From: Mobula hypostoma | Taxonomy: Eukaryota | Assembly: GCF_963921235.1 (NCBI RefSeq) | Contig: NC_086097.1 | Location: forward strand, 255,256,001 to 255,320,000 | DNA length: 64,000 nucleotides | Reading direction: 5' to 3' | In this document: positions 50,335-63,439 of the stretch, one piece after another | Position numbering within the stretch: position 1 is the first letter of the stretch | How the letters are laid out: each line of letters opens with the position of its first letter | Notes under the pieces: generated by a model | Databases searched by the model: none | Seen by the model: only the letters and a program-made list of their open reading frames with translations | What the model was told of the DNA's origin: nothing | Made by a program: the position numbers and the translations under genes

Positions 50335-51250
50335 GAGTTGTTATGTTCTGTGTACATGTTCAGGGATCCTCTACCATACTGTCCCTAACATACCATCCAT
50401 TGGCCAGGGTTGACCGTGGATGTTGCATCTTAGCTGCTATATGCAAGCCAAGGCAGTATCATTGCAACAGGCTTCGCTTCTTCGCATATCTGATGAATCC
50501 AAAGGAACGGCAGAGACTGCTGCAATTTGGCACCAGCAACATCATAGGAGTTGGCAGTCAGCATTCAACTCAACATAGGACTTCCTTAGGGACCCCAGTT
50601 CCAGATTTTTCCTCAGCATTTACTCCTGAAGCCTTTCCCATGGACGGGTGTAGAGCAAGGCAGTAGAGGTTTGAGATCAGATTCCTTATCCTAAGTAAGC
50701 TGTCAACCACAGCTGACGAGCTTCATCTGCCTGAAGCAACTGGATTTAAGGTGCCACTAACCCACCTTTGCCCTTCTCTTTTGGTCACCTACCTACAGGA
50801 AAGATCTAAGTAGGGTTGAAAGAGTACAAAGAAAATTTTCAAGGATGTTGCTGGGTCTAGAGGACCTGAGTTGTAAGGAAAGATTGAATAGGTTAGGACT
50901 TTATTCCTTAGAATGTAGAAGACTGAGAGGGGATTTGATAGAGGTATGCAAAATTATATGGGGTATAGACAGGATAAATACAAGCCGACTTTTTCCACTG
51001 AGGTTGGGTGGGATTATAACCAGAGGTCATGGGTTAAGGGTGAAAAGTGAAAAATTTAAGGGGAACATGAGGGGAATCTTCTTCACTCACCGGGTCCTGA
51101 GAGTATGTAGGATTAGTAGCTAAGCCATACATAAAGGCTGGGAGCTGGACTTGGTTGTCAGAGGCTATTTGTGATGCATGCCATTGGGAGTATTTAATAG
51201 GTAGTGCGAGCTTATCCCCACTACCCCCTACGCCCCGGCTGTGACAACCC
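50335..51250. mobile_element. Unclassified GC-richer repeat (possibly an RTE-type 5' UTR) interrupted by a CR1 fragment at about 50788-51100
   Basis: The CR1 insert is clear (LNRLGLYSLECRRLRGDL); the flank assignment rests only on recalled similarity. Confidence 0.3.
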
Positions 51251-51945
51251 TAAGGAACTGCAGGACTGCTGCCCAACAGTAAAGGTCCATGTGAAGGCCA
51301 TGGAACTGCTACGGATCTTGTCCCCTATCGCAGGCAACACGATGAAATTGGGAACAGTTTTCAGTATGCCAGCCCTCAGATATCCGAGGAAAGGTGCATT
51401 TGAAAATCAGGATGCCAATAATAAAAGAAATTTCATAGTCCATTTTACAATCTTAATCCCTGTTATCCTGAACAATCTGACACATGGGAAAATCCACTGA
51501 CCAAGTCAGTGCTCTTTTCTGTGCTAATATGCCACGCCCTTATTATTTTGAGTCAGACCTTATGCCTCCACCCCCACCCCCAGCACATTGCAGCAAACTC
51601 AACACCAGACTCCTGAAACAGGCACTCCAGAACATAGAACAATACAACACACCTTTGGTCCACAATGTTGTGCTGTACCAATTAAATTAGTATTCAAATG
51701 GCCGATAAATGAATCCCTTTTGCCTGTACAATGTCCACTTTCATCACATCTACGGCCTATCAAAACATTTCTTAGAAGTCTCTAATGTTTCTGCCTCTAC
51801 CACCACCCAGGCAGTGCGTCTCCCCTTAAATGCTTGCCCTCTGTTATTAGATGTTTCAAATCTGGGAAAAAGACAGTGGCTGTCTACTCTATCTATGTCT
51901 CTCATAACCTTATGAATTTCAGTCAGATCTTTATTTTGATCTGAT

Positions 51946-52501
51946 TGTCACGGTCCCGACCGTTAATCCCCTTTGATTGTGACACAGTTCTGACCGTTAA
52001 TTCCCCATTTGCTCCTAATTCTCTTTGATGACGGCACACCTGGCTTCCATCAAGACCTGCAGCATAAGAACCCCGGTTTTACAACCACTGGTTGCCAGAT
52101 CGCTGGTTTTGCCTGTGTGGTAATTAACGTTTCCCAGCCGCTTAGGACTGTGTGTTCTAAGTTTTGCTCCAGTACCGAGAATTACCTGTGAAACTCAGTC
52201 TCTTTGTGTCAAGATCAGTTTTCTAAGTTCTACTCCAGTTCCAAGGTTTACCTGTGAAACCCAACCTCTCCACGTCAAGATAAGTCTTCTGAAGTTTTAC
52301 CTCAGCACCAAGGTTTGCCTGCGTAACTCCATCTCTCCATGCTAAGAAGAGTTTTATCTGCCATTTCTCTTTCTCTTTCTATGTCAAGAGAATCCTGACT
52401 TCCTGCTCTCCCTCCTGTTTGTTGTTCATGTCTGAATCCTAACTAAATCTCCGTGCCTGTGTCCTGCACTTTGGTCTGCCTCATTCGTTGCAGCAGTGAT
52501 A
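51946..52501 (+). mobile_element. Probable solo LTR with three internal ~66-bp tandem repeats (52155-52353)
   Basis: TGTCAC...GTGATA ends, CACACCTG motif, and a gtcctgc..ttg near-end motif shared with the 48929 LTR; no clear TSD. Confidence 0.55.
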
Positions 52502-52529
52502 TAGAAAGACATCACCAGCTAGACAAAGG

Positions 52530-52680
52530 AAAAACAACACACACAAACTCAGGTCCTGATGAAGGGGTCTGAAACATCAACTGTTTACTCTTTTCCATAG
52601 ATGCTGCCTGGCCTGCTCAGTTTCTCCAGCATTTTGTGTGTGTTGCTTTGATTTCCAGCATCTGCAGATTTTCTCATCTC
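52530..52680 (+). mobile_element. Penelope-like terminal fragment with intact CTGATGA / GAAA hammerhead core
   Basis: GTC-CTGATGA-AGGGGTCT-GAAAC-ATC-AAC at 52553-52581, then gatgctgcctggcctgct...ccagcatctgcaga. Confidence 0.65.
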
Positions 52681-52699
52681 CAGACAAACTAAAATACTC

Positions 52700-55140
52700 A
52701 AAGATACTCTCAACAGCTTCTTGTTAAGTGCCGTCCATTTTACCTACCACGGGAGATTTCCATGATCATTTTGGTAGCAGTATACATTCCACCCCAGGCC
52801 AATGTCAATCAGGCTTTAGATGATCTGAGCAATGGGATCAACATGCATGAAACAGCGCACCCTAACGCCTTCACCATCGTTTTTGGGCTTTTAACCAGGC
52901 CAGTCTGAAAAAGTCGCTAAACAATTAACATCAAAAGATCACTTGCAAAACCAGAGGAAACAACACTCTGGACCATTGCTACACCACCATATTCCAAGCC
53001 CTCACTTCGGGAAGTCTGATCACCTGGCTGTACTTCTACTCCCTGAGTATAGGCAGAGACTGAAGACTGCAGCACCGGCAGTGAGGACCAAGAAGGTATG
53101 GACGAGGGAAGCACAGGAGCTCTTACAGGACTCTTTGACTTGGTGGACTGGACTGTATTCAGGGACTCATCTTTGAATCTGGATGAGTATGCTGCAGTTG
53201 TTACTGACATCATTAAAACCTGTTTAGATGAGTGTGTGCCTACAAAGTGAAACCCAATAGCATGAATGGCAGCGATGCTTCACTACCAGATGAACTCAAC
53301 ACCTTCTATGCCCGCTTTGAAAGGGAGAATATAACTACAGCTGAGAAAATCCCTGCTGCACATGGCGACCCTGTGATCACTGTCTCGGAGGCCGAAGTTA
53401 CCCTGTCTTTGAAGAGGGTGAACCCACACTAGGCGGAAGGCCCCAATGGAGTACCTGGTAAGGCTCTGAAGACTTGTGCCAACCAACTGGTGGAAGCATT
53501 CAAGGACATTTTAAACCTCTCACTGCTATGGGCGGAAGTTCCCACTTACTTCAAAAAGGCAACAAATATCCTGGTGCTAAGAAGAATAATGTGAGCTGCC
53601 TTAATGACGATCGCCCGGTGGCACTCACATCTACAGTGATGAAATACTTTGAGAGGCTGGTCAAGACTAGACTGAACTCCTACCTCAGCAAGGACCTGAA
53701 CCCATTGCAATTAACCTATCACCACAATAGGTCAACTGCAGACGCAATCTCAATGGCTCTTCAGAAGGCCTTAGACCACCTGGACAACGCAAACACCTAT
53801 GTCACCTATGTTAAAAGGCCTGAACAGATTAGATATGGCAAAGTTATTTCCCATGTTAGGGGATTCTAGGACAAGATGGCACAACTTCAAGATTGAAGGA
53901 CGTCCATTTAGAACAGAGATGTGGAGAAATTACTTTAGTTAGAGGGTGGTAAATCTGTAGAATTTGTTGCCACGTGCGGCTGTGGAGGCCAAGTCACTGG
54001 GTGCATTTAAGACAGAGATAGATGGGTTCTTGATTAGCCAGAGCATGAAAGGGTATGGGGAGAAGGCAATGGAGTGGGGATGACTGGAAGAATTGGATCA
54101 GTCCATGATTGAATGGCAGGGCAGACTCAATGGGCCGAATAGCCTACTTCTGCTCCTCTATCTTATGGTCTTATGTCAGGATGCTGTTCATCAACTATAG
54201 CTCAGTATTTAATACCATCATTCCCACAATCCTGATTGATAAGTTACAGAACCTGGGCCTCTGTACTTCCCTCAGCAATTGGATCCTCAGCTTCCTAACT
54301 GGAAGACCACAATCTGTGTGGATCCTCCTCGCTGACGATCAACACTGGTGCACCTCAGGGGTGTGTGCTTAGCCCACTGCTCTACTCTCTCTATACCCAT
54401 GACTGACTGGCTAGGTATAGCTCAAATGCCATCTATAAATTTGTTGATGATACACCTATTGCTGGTAGAATCTCAGATGAAGGCAAGAGGGTGTACAGGA
54501 GCGAGATATGCCAACTAGTGGAGTGGTGTCGCAGCAACAACCTGACACTCAATGTTAGTAAGACAAAAGAGCTGATTGTGGACTTCAGGAAGGATAAGAC
54601 GAAGGAACACATACCAGTCCTTATAGAGGGATCAGAAGTGGAGAGAGTGAGCAGTTTCAATTTCCAGGGTGTCAAGATCTCTGAGGATCTAACCTAGTTG
54701 CAACATATTGATGCAGTTATAAAGAAGGCAAGACAGTGACTATACTTCATTAGGAGTTTGAAGAGATTTGGTATGTCAACATAATCACTCAAAAACTTTT
54801 ATAGATGTACCATGGAGAGCATTCTGACAGGCTGTATCACTGTCTGGTATGGGGCCACTGCACAGGACCGTAAGAAGCTGCAGAGGGTCATAAATTTAGT
54901 TGGCTCCATCTTGGGTACTAGCCTACAAAGTACCCAGGACATCTTCAGGGAGCGGTGTCTCAGAAAGGCAGTGTCCATTATTAAGGACCTCCAGCACCCA
55001 GGGCATGCCTTTTTCTCACTGCTACCATCAGGTAGGAGGTACAGAAGCCTGAAGGCTCACACTCAGCGATTCAGGAACAACTTCTTCCCTTCTGCCATCT
55101 GATTCCTAAATGGATATTGAACTCATGAACACTAACTTTT
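52700..55140 (+). mobile_element. Degraded Rex1/Babar LINE (APE remnant, RT, C-terminal domain) with a CR1 3' insert at 53805-54171
   Basis: PHFGKSDHLAV, LPDELNTFYARFE, RPVALTSTVMKYFERLV, LNVSKTKELIVDFR, LLPSGRRYRSL; TATGTCA duplicated at 53798-53804 and 54172-54178. Confidence 0.88.
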
Positions 55141-55147
55141 TAAATAA

Positions 55148-56893
55148 ACATAGAAACATAGAAAAAAACATAGAAAACCTACAGCACAATACAGGCCCTT
55201 CAGCCTGCAAAACTGTGCCGAACATGTCCTTATCTTAGAAATTACCAAGGGTTACCCATTTTTTTGAGCTCCATGTATCTGTCCAGGAGTCTCTTAAAAG
55301 GCCCTATTGTATCCGCCTCCACCATCATTGCCAGAAGCCCATTCCACACACTCACCACTCTCTGCGTAAAAACTTACTCCTGACGTCTCCTCTGTATCTA
55401 CTTCCAAGCACCTTAAAATTATGCCCTCTCGTGCTAGCCATTTCAGCCCTGGGGAAAAAGCCTCTGACTATCCACACGATCAATACCTCTCATCATCTTA
55501 TACACCTCTATCAGATCACCTCTCATCCTCGTTGTTCCAAGGAAAAAAGGCCAAGTTCACTCAACCTATTCTCATAAGGCATGCTCCACAATCCAGGCAA
55601 CATCCTTGTACAGCTCCTCTGCACCCTTTCTATGCTTTCCACATCCTTCCTGTAAGTGAGGCGACCAGAACTGAGCACAGTACTCCAAGTGATCCCCCCA
55701 ACAAACGTAACGCTCAGGGCTATCAGCTCATGTTTATCTAGGGGAAACCCCATCCGCCCGCCAAACCGTGTCTCACGTTTGCATAGTTGCTGTGTAATGC
55801 ACCCTGGTTCAAACTTACACATCAAATATCAGACAGCACACAATGTATGATTTACAGATTACACTTTATAGATCTTACTGGAACTATATAATTAATAGAG
55901 ATACAATATAAAAGGAAAGTAAAAGGCGCCAAACTTATCAGAGTTCAACCACTTCGTGCACAACCATTGGAGCTCAGTTAACGGAGTCTGCTTTCCACCA
56001 TTTGATCCCCTCCGACCTCCTCGACAAGCTGCCTGGGACTAACCACGGTGGTCGACCAGAGTGCGTCCAGCACGTCCTTCCTCTTCGGTTCTCCTCCCGA
56101 AAAGCCCGCCAAACCACACTGTCCCCCAGCCATATGAGACAGAATACCACCCACAAAAAGAATAACATGGACACTCATTGGTTCGTTCTTACCCTTATCA
56201 ATAATATAACCCAAACAAGCAGGGAGAGAGAGAACTCCTTACATCACAGTTATTATTACAGAACAGCCATTTTATATAACATACAAAGAAGTCATTTTCA
56301 ACACCTCAGCAGCCAGTGAACATTTTGTAGGAAGTAATATCCCCTGAACATTCACCACAATTCTGCCATACATTTCCCTGAGAACATCTGTTCCCAATTT
56401 ATGCTTCCAAGTTCCTGCCTGATAGCCTCATATTTCTCCTTACTCCAATTAAATGCTTTCCTAACTTGTTGGTTCCTATCCCTCTCCAATGCTGTGGTAA
56501 AGAAGATAGAATTATGATCACTATCTCCAAAATGCTCTCCCACTGAGAGACCTGACACCTGACTGGGTTCATTTCCCAATACCAGATCAAGTACAGCCTC
56601 TCCTCTTGTAGGCTTATCTACATATTGTGTCAAGAAACCTTCTTGAACACACCTAACAAACTCCACCCCATCTAAACCCCTCACTCTAGGTATGTGCCAA
56701 TCGATATTTGGGAAATTAAAATCTCCCACCACGACAGCCCTGTTATTATTACACTTTTCCAGAATTTGTCTCCCTATCTGCTCCTTGATGTCCCTGTTAC
56801 TATTAGGTGGTCTATAAAAAATACCCAGTAGAGTTATTGACTCCTTCCTGTTTCTAACTTCCACCCACAGAGACTGCGTAAGCAATCCCTCCA
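55148..56893 (-). mobile_element. CR1 fragments (3' end 55148-55690; endonuclease 56352-56893) around a probable solo LTR (55706-56330)
   Basis: (CATAGAAA)n tail; ORF 56894-56352 with YRPPNS, GDFNFP, SDHN; the middle segment on minus ends CCTGAGCGTTACG like the 45560 LTR end. Confidence 0.75.
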
Positions 56894-57139
56894 AACATTA
56901 TTTCTGTTTTTGTACGATTTTTAATCTATTCAATATTGAACTGCTGCTGCTAAGTTAAGAAATTTCACCACACATGCCGGTGATGTTAAACCTGATTCTG
57001 ATAGGAGAGGAGAGGAGAGGAGAGTGGACCGTGGGAGAAAGGGAGCTGGGGCACTGGGGCAGGTGACTGGCAGCTGAGGAGAAGAGTTAAGAGGGTTTGC
57101 TGCTTCACTGTGAAGTCACTGCAGAATTTCTTAAGTTAA

Positions 57140-57200
57140 TGATTGGCTGATTAGATATTTGTATTATCAACCTGGTGTACAGGTGTACACAATAAAATAA
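57140..57200 (-). mobile_element. Tc1 TIR fragment
   Basis: gattggctgattagatatttg...ggtgtacaggtgtac is the reverse complement of the region near 16360-16405. Confidence 0.5.
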
Positions 57201-57259
57201 TTCGGATTCTGATTTTACAAGGCACAAGATAGTTCACAAGCCGTAGAATAGGTATTTCC

Positions 57260-60200
57260 CACAGAGGAAAATGTTCTCAAATGGCAGGTTAGGCAACCAT
57301 GGCTGACAAAGGAAGTTAAGGACTTCATAAAAGCCGAGGAAAGAGCATTCAAGGTAGCAAAAGTGAGTGGGAAGTTGGATGATTGGGAAGCCTTTAATCC
57401 AACAAAAGAACAACTAAAAAAGTTATAAGGGAAAAGATGAAATATGAGGGCAGACTAGTCAATAATATAAAGCAGGATACCAAAGGACTTTTCAGTTATA
57501 TAAAGAGTAAAAGGGAGGTGAGAATTGATATTGGTGATGCTGGTGAGGTAGAAATGGGGGACAAAGAAATGGCAGATGAACTAAATTGGTAGAATTGGTT
57601 CACTGTGGAAGACACTAGCAATGTGGTAGAGGTCCGTGAGTGTCAGGGAGTAGAAGTGAGTGCCATTACTATTACAAAGGAAAAAATACTAGGCAAACTC
57701 AAAGATTTTAAGGTGGATGTCACCTGGACCAGATGGACTACATCCCAGTGTCCTGAGAAAAGTTGCTGAATAACGGATGCACGGGTCATGATCTTTCAAG
57801 AATCACTTGATTCTGGCATGGTCCTGGAGGACTGGAAGATTGTAAATGTCACTCCACTCTTTAAGAAGGGGGGAAGGTAAAAGAAAGGAAATTACAGGCC
57901 AGTTAGCCTAACCTCAGTGGTTGAGAAAGTATTGGAGTCTGTTATTCGTGGTTTCGCGGTATTGGAGACTAAAGATAAAATAAGTCAAATTCAGCATGGT
58001 TGTGGTAAAGAAAAATCTTGCCTTCTTTGAGGAAGTAACTAGCAGGGTGCAGAAAGGAGAGGTAGTGGGGGGATGTCATTTACCTGAGTTTTCAGAAGGC
58101 ATTTGATAAGGTGCCACACATGAGCCTGCTTCCAAGATAAAATCCTATGGCGTTACAGCAAGATACTGGCATGGATAGAGGAATGGCTCACAGACAGGAG
58201 GCAGTGAGTGGGAATGAAGAGAGACTTTTCTGGTTGGCTGCCAGTGACTAGTGGTGTTGGGATCATTACTTTTCACATTGTTTGTCAATGATTTTGATAA
58301 TGGCTTTGTGGCAAAGTTTTCAGATGATACAAAGATAGGTGGAAGGATAGGGAGTGCTGAGGAAGCAATGGGATTGCAGTAGGACTTAGACAAATTGCAC
58401 AAGTGGGCAAGAAAGTGGCAGATGCAATACAGTGTTGGGAAATGTATGATAACGCATTTTGGTAAAAGGAACAATAATGCAGACTATTATCTAAATGGGG
58501 AGAAAACTCAAACATTTATGACCATAAGACATAGGAGCAGAATTAGGCCAGTCAGCCCATCGGTCAGTTCCACCATGGTTACTCCTTTTTTCCCCTCTTC
58601 AAACCCTCTCCCAGCCTTCTCCCCAAAACATCTGATGCCATGTGCAATCAAGAATCTATCAAGCTCTGCCTTAAATACCCTGAATGACCTGGCCTCCACA
58701 GCTGCTTGTGGTAATAAATTCCACAAATTCCCCACCCTCTATCCTGAGGTGCCCGCTTGTCCTTCACTCCCTCGCCATGAGAGACATTCCTTCCACATCT
58801 ACTCTGTCTATTCGAAAGGTTTCAATGAGATCCCCCTCACCCTTCTAAATTGCAGTGAGTACAAACCCACAGCCAACAAAAAGTCCTCGTATGATAACCC
58901 CTTCATTCCCAGAATCACCCTTGTGAACCTCCTCTGGACCCCCTCCAGTGCCCACACATCTTTTCTAAGATGAGGGGCCCAAAACTTCTGGAGGATTGGA
59001 GGATTTCGGATGTTGTTCCATTATAAAAGAAAGGGAGTGGGGATAGCCCAGGAAATTATAGACAAGTGAGTCTTACTTCAGTGGTTGGTAATTTGATGGA
59101 GAAGATCCAGAGGGGGAGGTTTTATGAACATTTGGAGAGGGATAATATGATTAGGAATAGTCAGCATGGCTTTGTCAAAGGCAGGTCATGCCTTACGAGA
59201 CTGAATGAATTTTTTGAGGATGTGACTAAACATATTGATGATGGTAGAGCAGTAGATGTAGAGTATATGGATTTCAGCAAGACATTTGACAAGGTATCCC
59301 ATGCAAGGCTTGTTGAGAAAGTAAGGAGGCATGGGATCCAAGGGGACATTGCTTTGTGGATCCACAACTGGCTTGCCCACAGAAGACAAGGAGTGGTTGT
59401 AGACGGGTCATATGCTGCATGGAGGCCAGTGACCTGTGGTGTGCCTCAGCAATCTGTTCTGGGACCCCTACTCTTCGTGACTTTTATATATGACCTGGAT
59501 GAGGAAGTGGAGGGATGGGTTAGTAAATTTGCTGATAACACAAAGGTTGGGGGTATTGTGGATAGTGTGGAGGGCTGTCAGAGGTTACAGCGGGACATTG
59601 ATAGGATACAAAACTGTGCTGAGAAGTGGCAGATGGAGTTCAACCCAGATAAGTGTGAGGTGGTTCATTATGGTTGGTCAAATATGATGACAATCTCTTG
59701 GTGGTGTGGAGGATCAGAGGGATCTTGGGGTCCAAGTCAACAGGACACTCAAGGCTGCTGCACAGGTTGACTCTGTGGTTAAGAAGGCATACGGTGCATT
59801 GGCCTTCAGCAATCGTGCGATTGAGTTTAGGAGCCGAGAGGTAATGTTGTAGCTATATAGGACCCTGGTCAGACCCCACTTGGAGTACTGTGCTCAGTTC
59901 TGGTCGCCTCACTATAGGAAGGATGTAGAAACCATAGAAAGGGTGCAAAGGAGATTTACGAGGATGTTGCTTGGATTAGGGAGCATGCCTTATGAGAATA
60001 GGTTGAGTGAACTCTTCCTTTTCTCCTTGGAGCAATGGAAGATGAGAGGTGACCCGATAGAGGTGTATAAGATGATGAGAGGCATTGATCGTGTGGATAG
60101 TCAGAGGCTTTTCCCCAGGGTTGAAATGGCTAGCACGAGAGGGCACAGTTTTAAGATGCTTGGAAGTAGGTACAGAGAGGATGTCAGGGGTAATTTTTTT

Positions 60201-60397
60201 ACACAGAGAGTGGTGAGTGCATGGAATGGGCTGCCGGTACAGCAGGGTCTTTTAAGAGACTCTTGGATAGGTACATGGAGCTTAGAAAAGTAGAGGGCTA
60301 TGGGTAACCCTAGGTAATTTCTGAAGTAAGTACTTGTTCGGTGCAGCATTGTGGGCTGAAGGGCCTGTATGCTGCTGTAAGTTTTCTATGTTTCCAT
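57260..60397. mobile_element. Degraded CR1 fragments (57260-58510 +, 58520-58985 -, 58990-60397 +)
   Basis: RT motifs in ORFs 59066-59770 and 59880-60293; TTTCTATG tail at about 60382-60395. Confidence 0.85.
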
Positions 60398-60569
60398 ACA
60401 CATGCAGTCAGACACACATAGAAAGGCAGATACTCACACATGGACACACAGAAACACACTCACAGACATGCACACAAACATGAACACACACACAGACAAA
60501 CACATAGGCACAGAGATACAGACACATTCACACACACATAGACACAGCATAGTCACACCACACAGACAT

Positions 60570-60653
<84 letters not shown>

Positions 60654-60883
60654 CATGACACAGATGCAAACAGACACGAACACAGGTGCCCACACACTCA
60701 TACAGACAAAGAGATACACACAAACACACAAAGACAGACACAGACACACACATCGAGGCGCTGTAGGTTTTCTGCGTCTCTGCGTGTTTTTTGTGCCTAT
60801 GTGTCTGTGTGTGTCTGTGTGTGTCTGTGTGTGTGTGTGCGCGCGCGCGCATGTCTGTGGGTGTGTTTCTGTGTGTATGGGTG

Positions 60884-60922
<39 letters not shown>
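60398..60922. repeat. CA-rich tract facing a TG-rich tract, including (GC)n
   Basis: (CA)n at 60398-60751, (TG)n/(GC)n at about 60780-60922. Confidence 0.95.
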
Positions 60923-60925
<3 letters not shown>

Positions 60926-61009
60926 ATCGAGGGGCGGAGCAAAGAGAAGATGGCTCTAAACAACTTTGCCTGCATCTTTGGAAACAGCTCTATTTCCATC
61001 TCTAATATG

Positions 61010-61833
61010 AGAGACATTGATAGGATGCAGTAGTGGGCTGAGAAGTGGCAGATGGAGTTCAACCCGGAGAAGTGTGAGGTGGTACACTTTGGAAGGACAA
61101 ACTCCAAGGCAGAGTACAAAGTAAATGGCAGGATACTTGGTAGTGTGGAGGAGCAGAGGGATCTGGGGGTACATGTCCACAGATCCCTGAAAGTTGCCTC
61201 ACAGGTGGATAGGATAGTTAAGAAAGCTTATGGGGTGTTAGCTTTCATAAGTCGAGGGATAGAGTTTAAGAGTCGCGATGTAATGATGCAGCTCTATAAA
61301 ACTCTGGTTAAGCCACACTTGGACTACTGTGTCCAGTTCCGGTCACCTCACTATAGGAAGGATGTGGAAGCATTGGAAAGGGTACAGAGGAGATTTACCA
61401 GGATGATGCCTGGTTTAGAAAATATGTATTATGATCAGAGATTAAGGGAGCTAGGGCTTTCCTCTTTGGAGAGAAGGAGGATGAGAGGAGACATGATAGA
61501 GGTGTACAAGATAATAAGAGGAATAGATAGAGTGGATAGCCAGCGCCTCTTCCCCAGGGCATCACTGCTCAATACAAGAGGACATGGCTTTAAGGTAAGG
61601 GGTGGGAAGTTCAAGGGGGATATTAGAGGAAGGTTTTTTACTCAGAGAGTGGTTGGTGCGTGGAATGCACTGCCTGAGTCAGTGGTGGAGGCAGATACAC
61701 TGGTGAAGTTTAAGAGACTACTAGACAGGTATATGGAGGAATCTAAGGTGGGGGCTTATATGGGAGGCAGGGTTTGAGGGTCGGCACAACATTGTGGGCC
61801 AAAGGGCCTGTACTGTGCTGTACTATTCTATGA
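61010..61833 (+). mobile_element. CR1 3' fragment (subfamily C)
   Basis: ORF 61052-61777 ending GAYMGGRV; CTAATAT on both sides of the insert. Confidence 0.93.
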
Positions 61834-62082
61834 ATAGATAACAGCTAATATCTCTATTTTTCCCTTTCAGGGTTCTTTTGAAGACCCTGACCTGGAGTTA
61901 CACGTTGACTACGGTTCTTTGCGGGAATGGGACCCGTTCTCGGGGTTTCACAGCTGGCTATTGTTCGGCACGCCAAGGGCTCAGCCTAAGAGTTTGGCTC
62001 GCCTTTGGAGTCTTAGGATCTTGGGGCACTGGAGACGGGCGGATTGAAGGTTGGTGTCCAGTTGGTGTGTTGTGGGAGCTGG

Positions 62083-62083
<1 letters not shown>

Positions 62084-62118
<35 letters not shown>

Positions 62119-62257
62119 ACACACCACAAACAGACACGCACACACATACGGTGACACACAGGCGCACACACATACGGTGACACACAGGCACACACACTGA
62201 CACAGACACACACACAGCCATACACACACCCCCACAGACACACACACATACACACAG

Positions 62258-62300
<43 letters not shown>

Positions 62301-62629
62301 CACACCCACAGATCACAGAAATGCACACACAGACACACCACACAAAGAAACACACACACACACACTCCTAGATTAAAACACACAAACATGGACACAGAGA
62401 CGCGCACACAGACAAACCACACACACAAACACAGACACACCCCACACATATACCACATAAATAAATACATACACAGACATGCGCACACACACATACACCA
62501 ACAGAAAGACACAGATGCACACACACAGAAAGCACACATGGACGGAGAGGCACCCACATGTGCTCTCTCACAAAGACACACACACACACACACACACAAA
62601 CATAGACATCCACACGCTCACACAGAGAA

Positions 62630-62674
<45 letters not shown>

Positions 62675-62700
62675 TAGACATCCACACGCTCACACAGAGA

Positions 62701-62738
<38 letters not shown>

Positions 62739-62846
62739 GGTGCACAGATACATAGAGACATGCACAGACACGCACGTACACAGAAACACACAGACACAGA
62801 TACACAAAATCACTGAAACACATATAGACACAGATGCAGTCACACA

Positions 62847-62886
<40 letters not shown>

Positions 62887-62986
62887 CATACAGATACACA
62901 GACAGAAAAACACTAACAGGAACCCACACACAGAGACACACACACGGACTCACACACACAGACACTCAGTGACACAGGCACACGCA

Positions 62987-63024
<38 letters not shown>

Positions 63025-63029
63025 CTCAC

Positions 63030-63072
<43 letters not shown>

Positions 63073-63155
63073 ACACAGGCACACAGACACACATGATCTC
63101 ATTCACACAGACACTCACTGACACAGGTATACACACATACACACACACACACACA
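62084..63155. repeat. Degenerate (CA)n microsatellite field with a local ~40-bp duplication
   Basis: CA-rich; aaacatagacatccacacgctcacacagagaagc occurs twice (about 62598 and 62670). Confidence 0.95.
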
Positions 63156-63156
63156 A

Positions 63157-63425
63157 AGACAGGTGTGTAAGAAGGGCCCGAAGGATCATTGGAGACCCAA
63201 GTCACCCCAACCACGTTCTATTCCAGCTGCTACCATCCGGGAAACGGTACCGCAGCATAAAAGCCAGGACCAACAGGCTTCAGGACAGCTTCTTCCACCT
63301 GGCCATCAGACTGATTAATTCATGATGATACAATTGTATTTTAATGTTATATTGAATGTCCCGTTGTACATACTATTTATTATAAATTACTATAAATTGC
63401 ACACTGCACATTTAGACAGAGACTC
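63157..63425 (+). mobile_element. Rex1/Babar 3' fragment
   Basis: Encodes HPNHVLFQLLPSGKRYRSIKARTNRLQDSFFHLAIRLIN. Confidence 0.8.
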
Positions 63426-63439
63426 TGATACTCACCTTG

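Noticed and set aside
60402..63214. His/Thr-rich and Cys/Val-rich ORFs
   Set aside because: Translations of CA/TG microsatellites.
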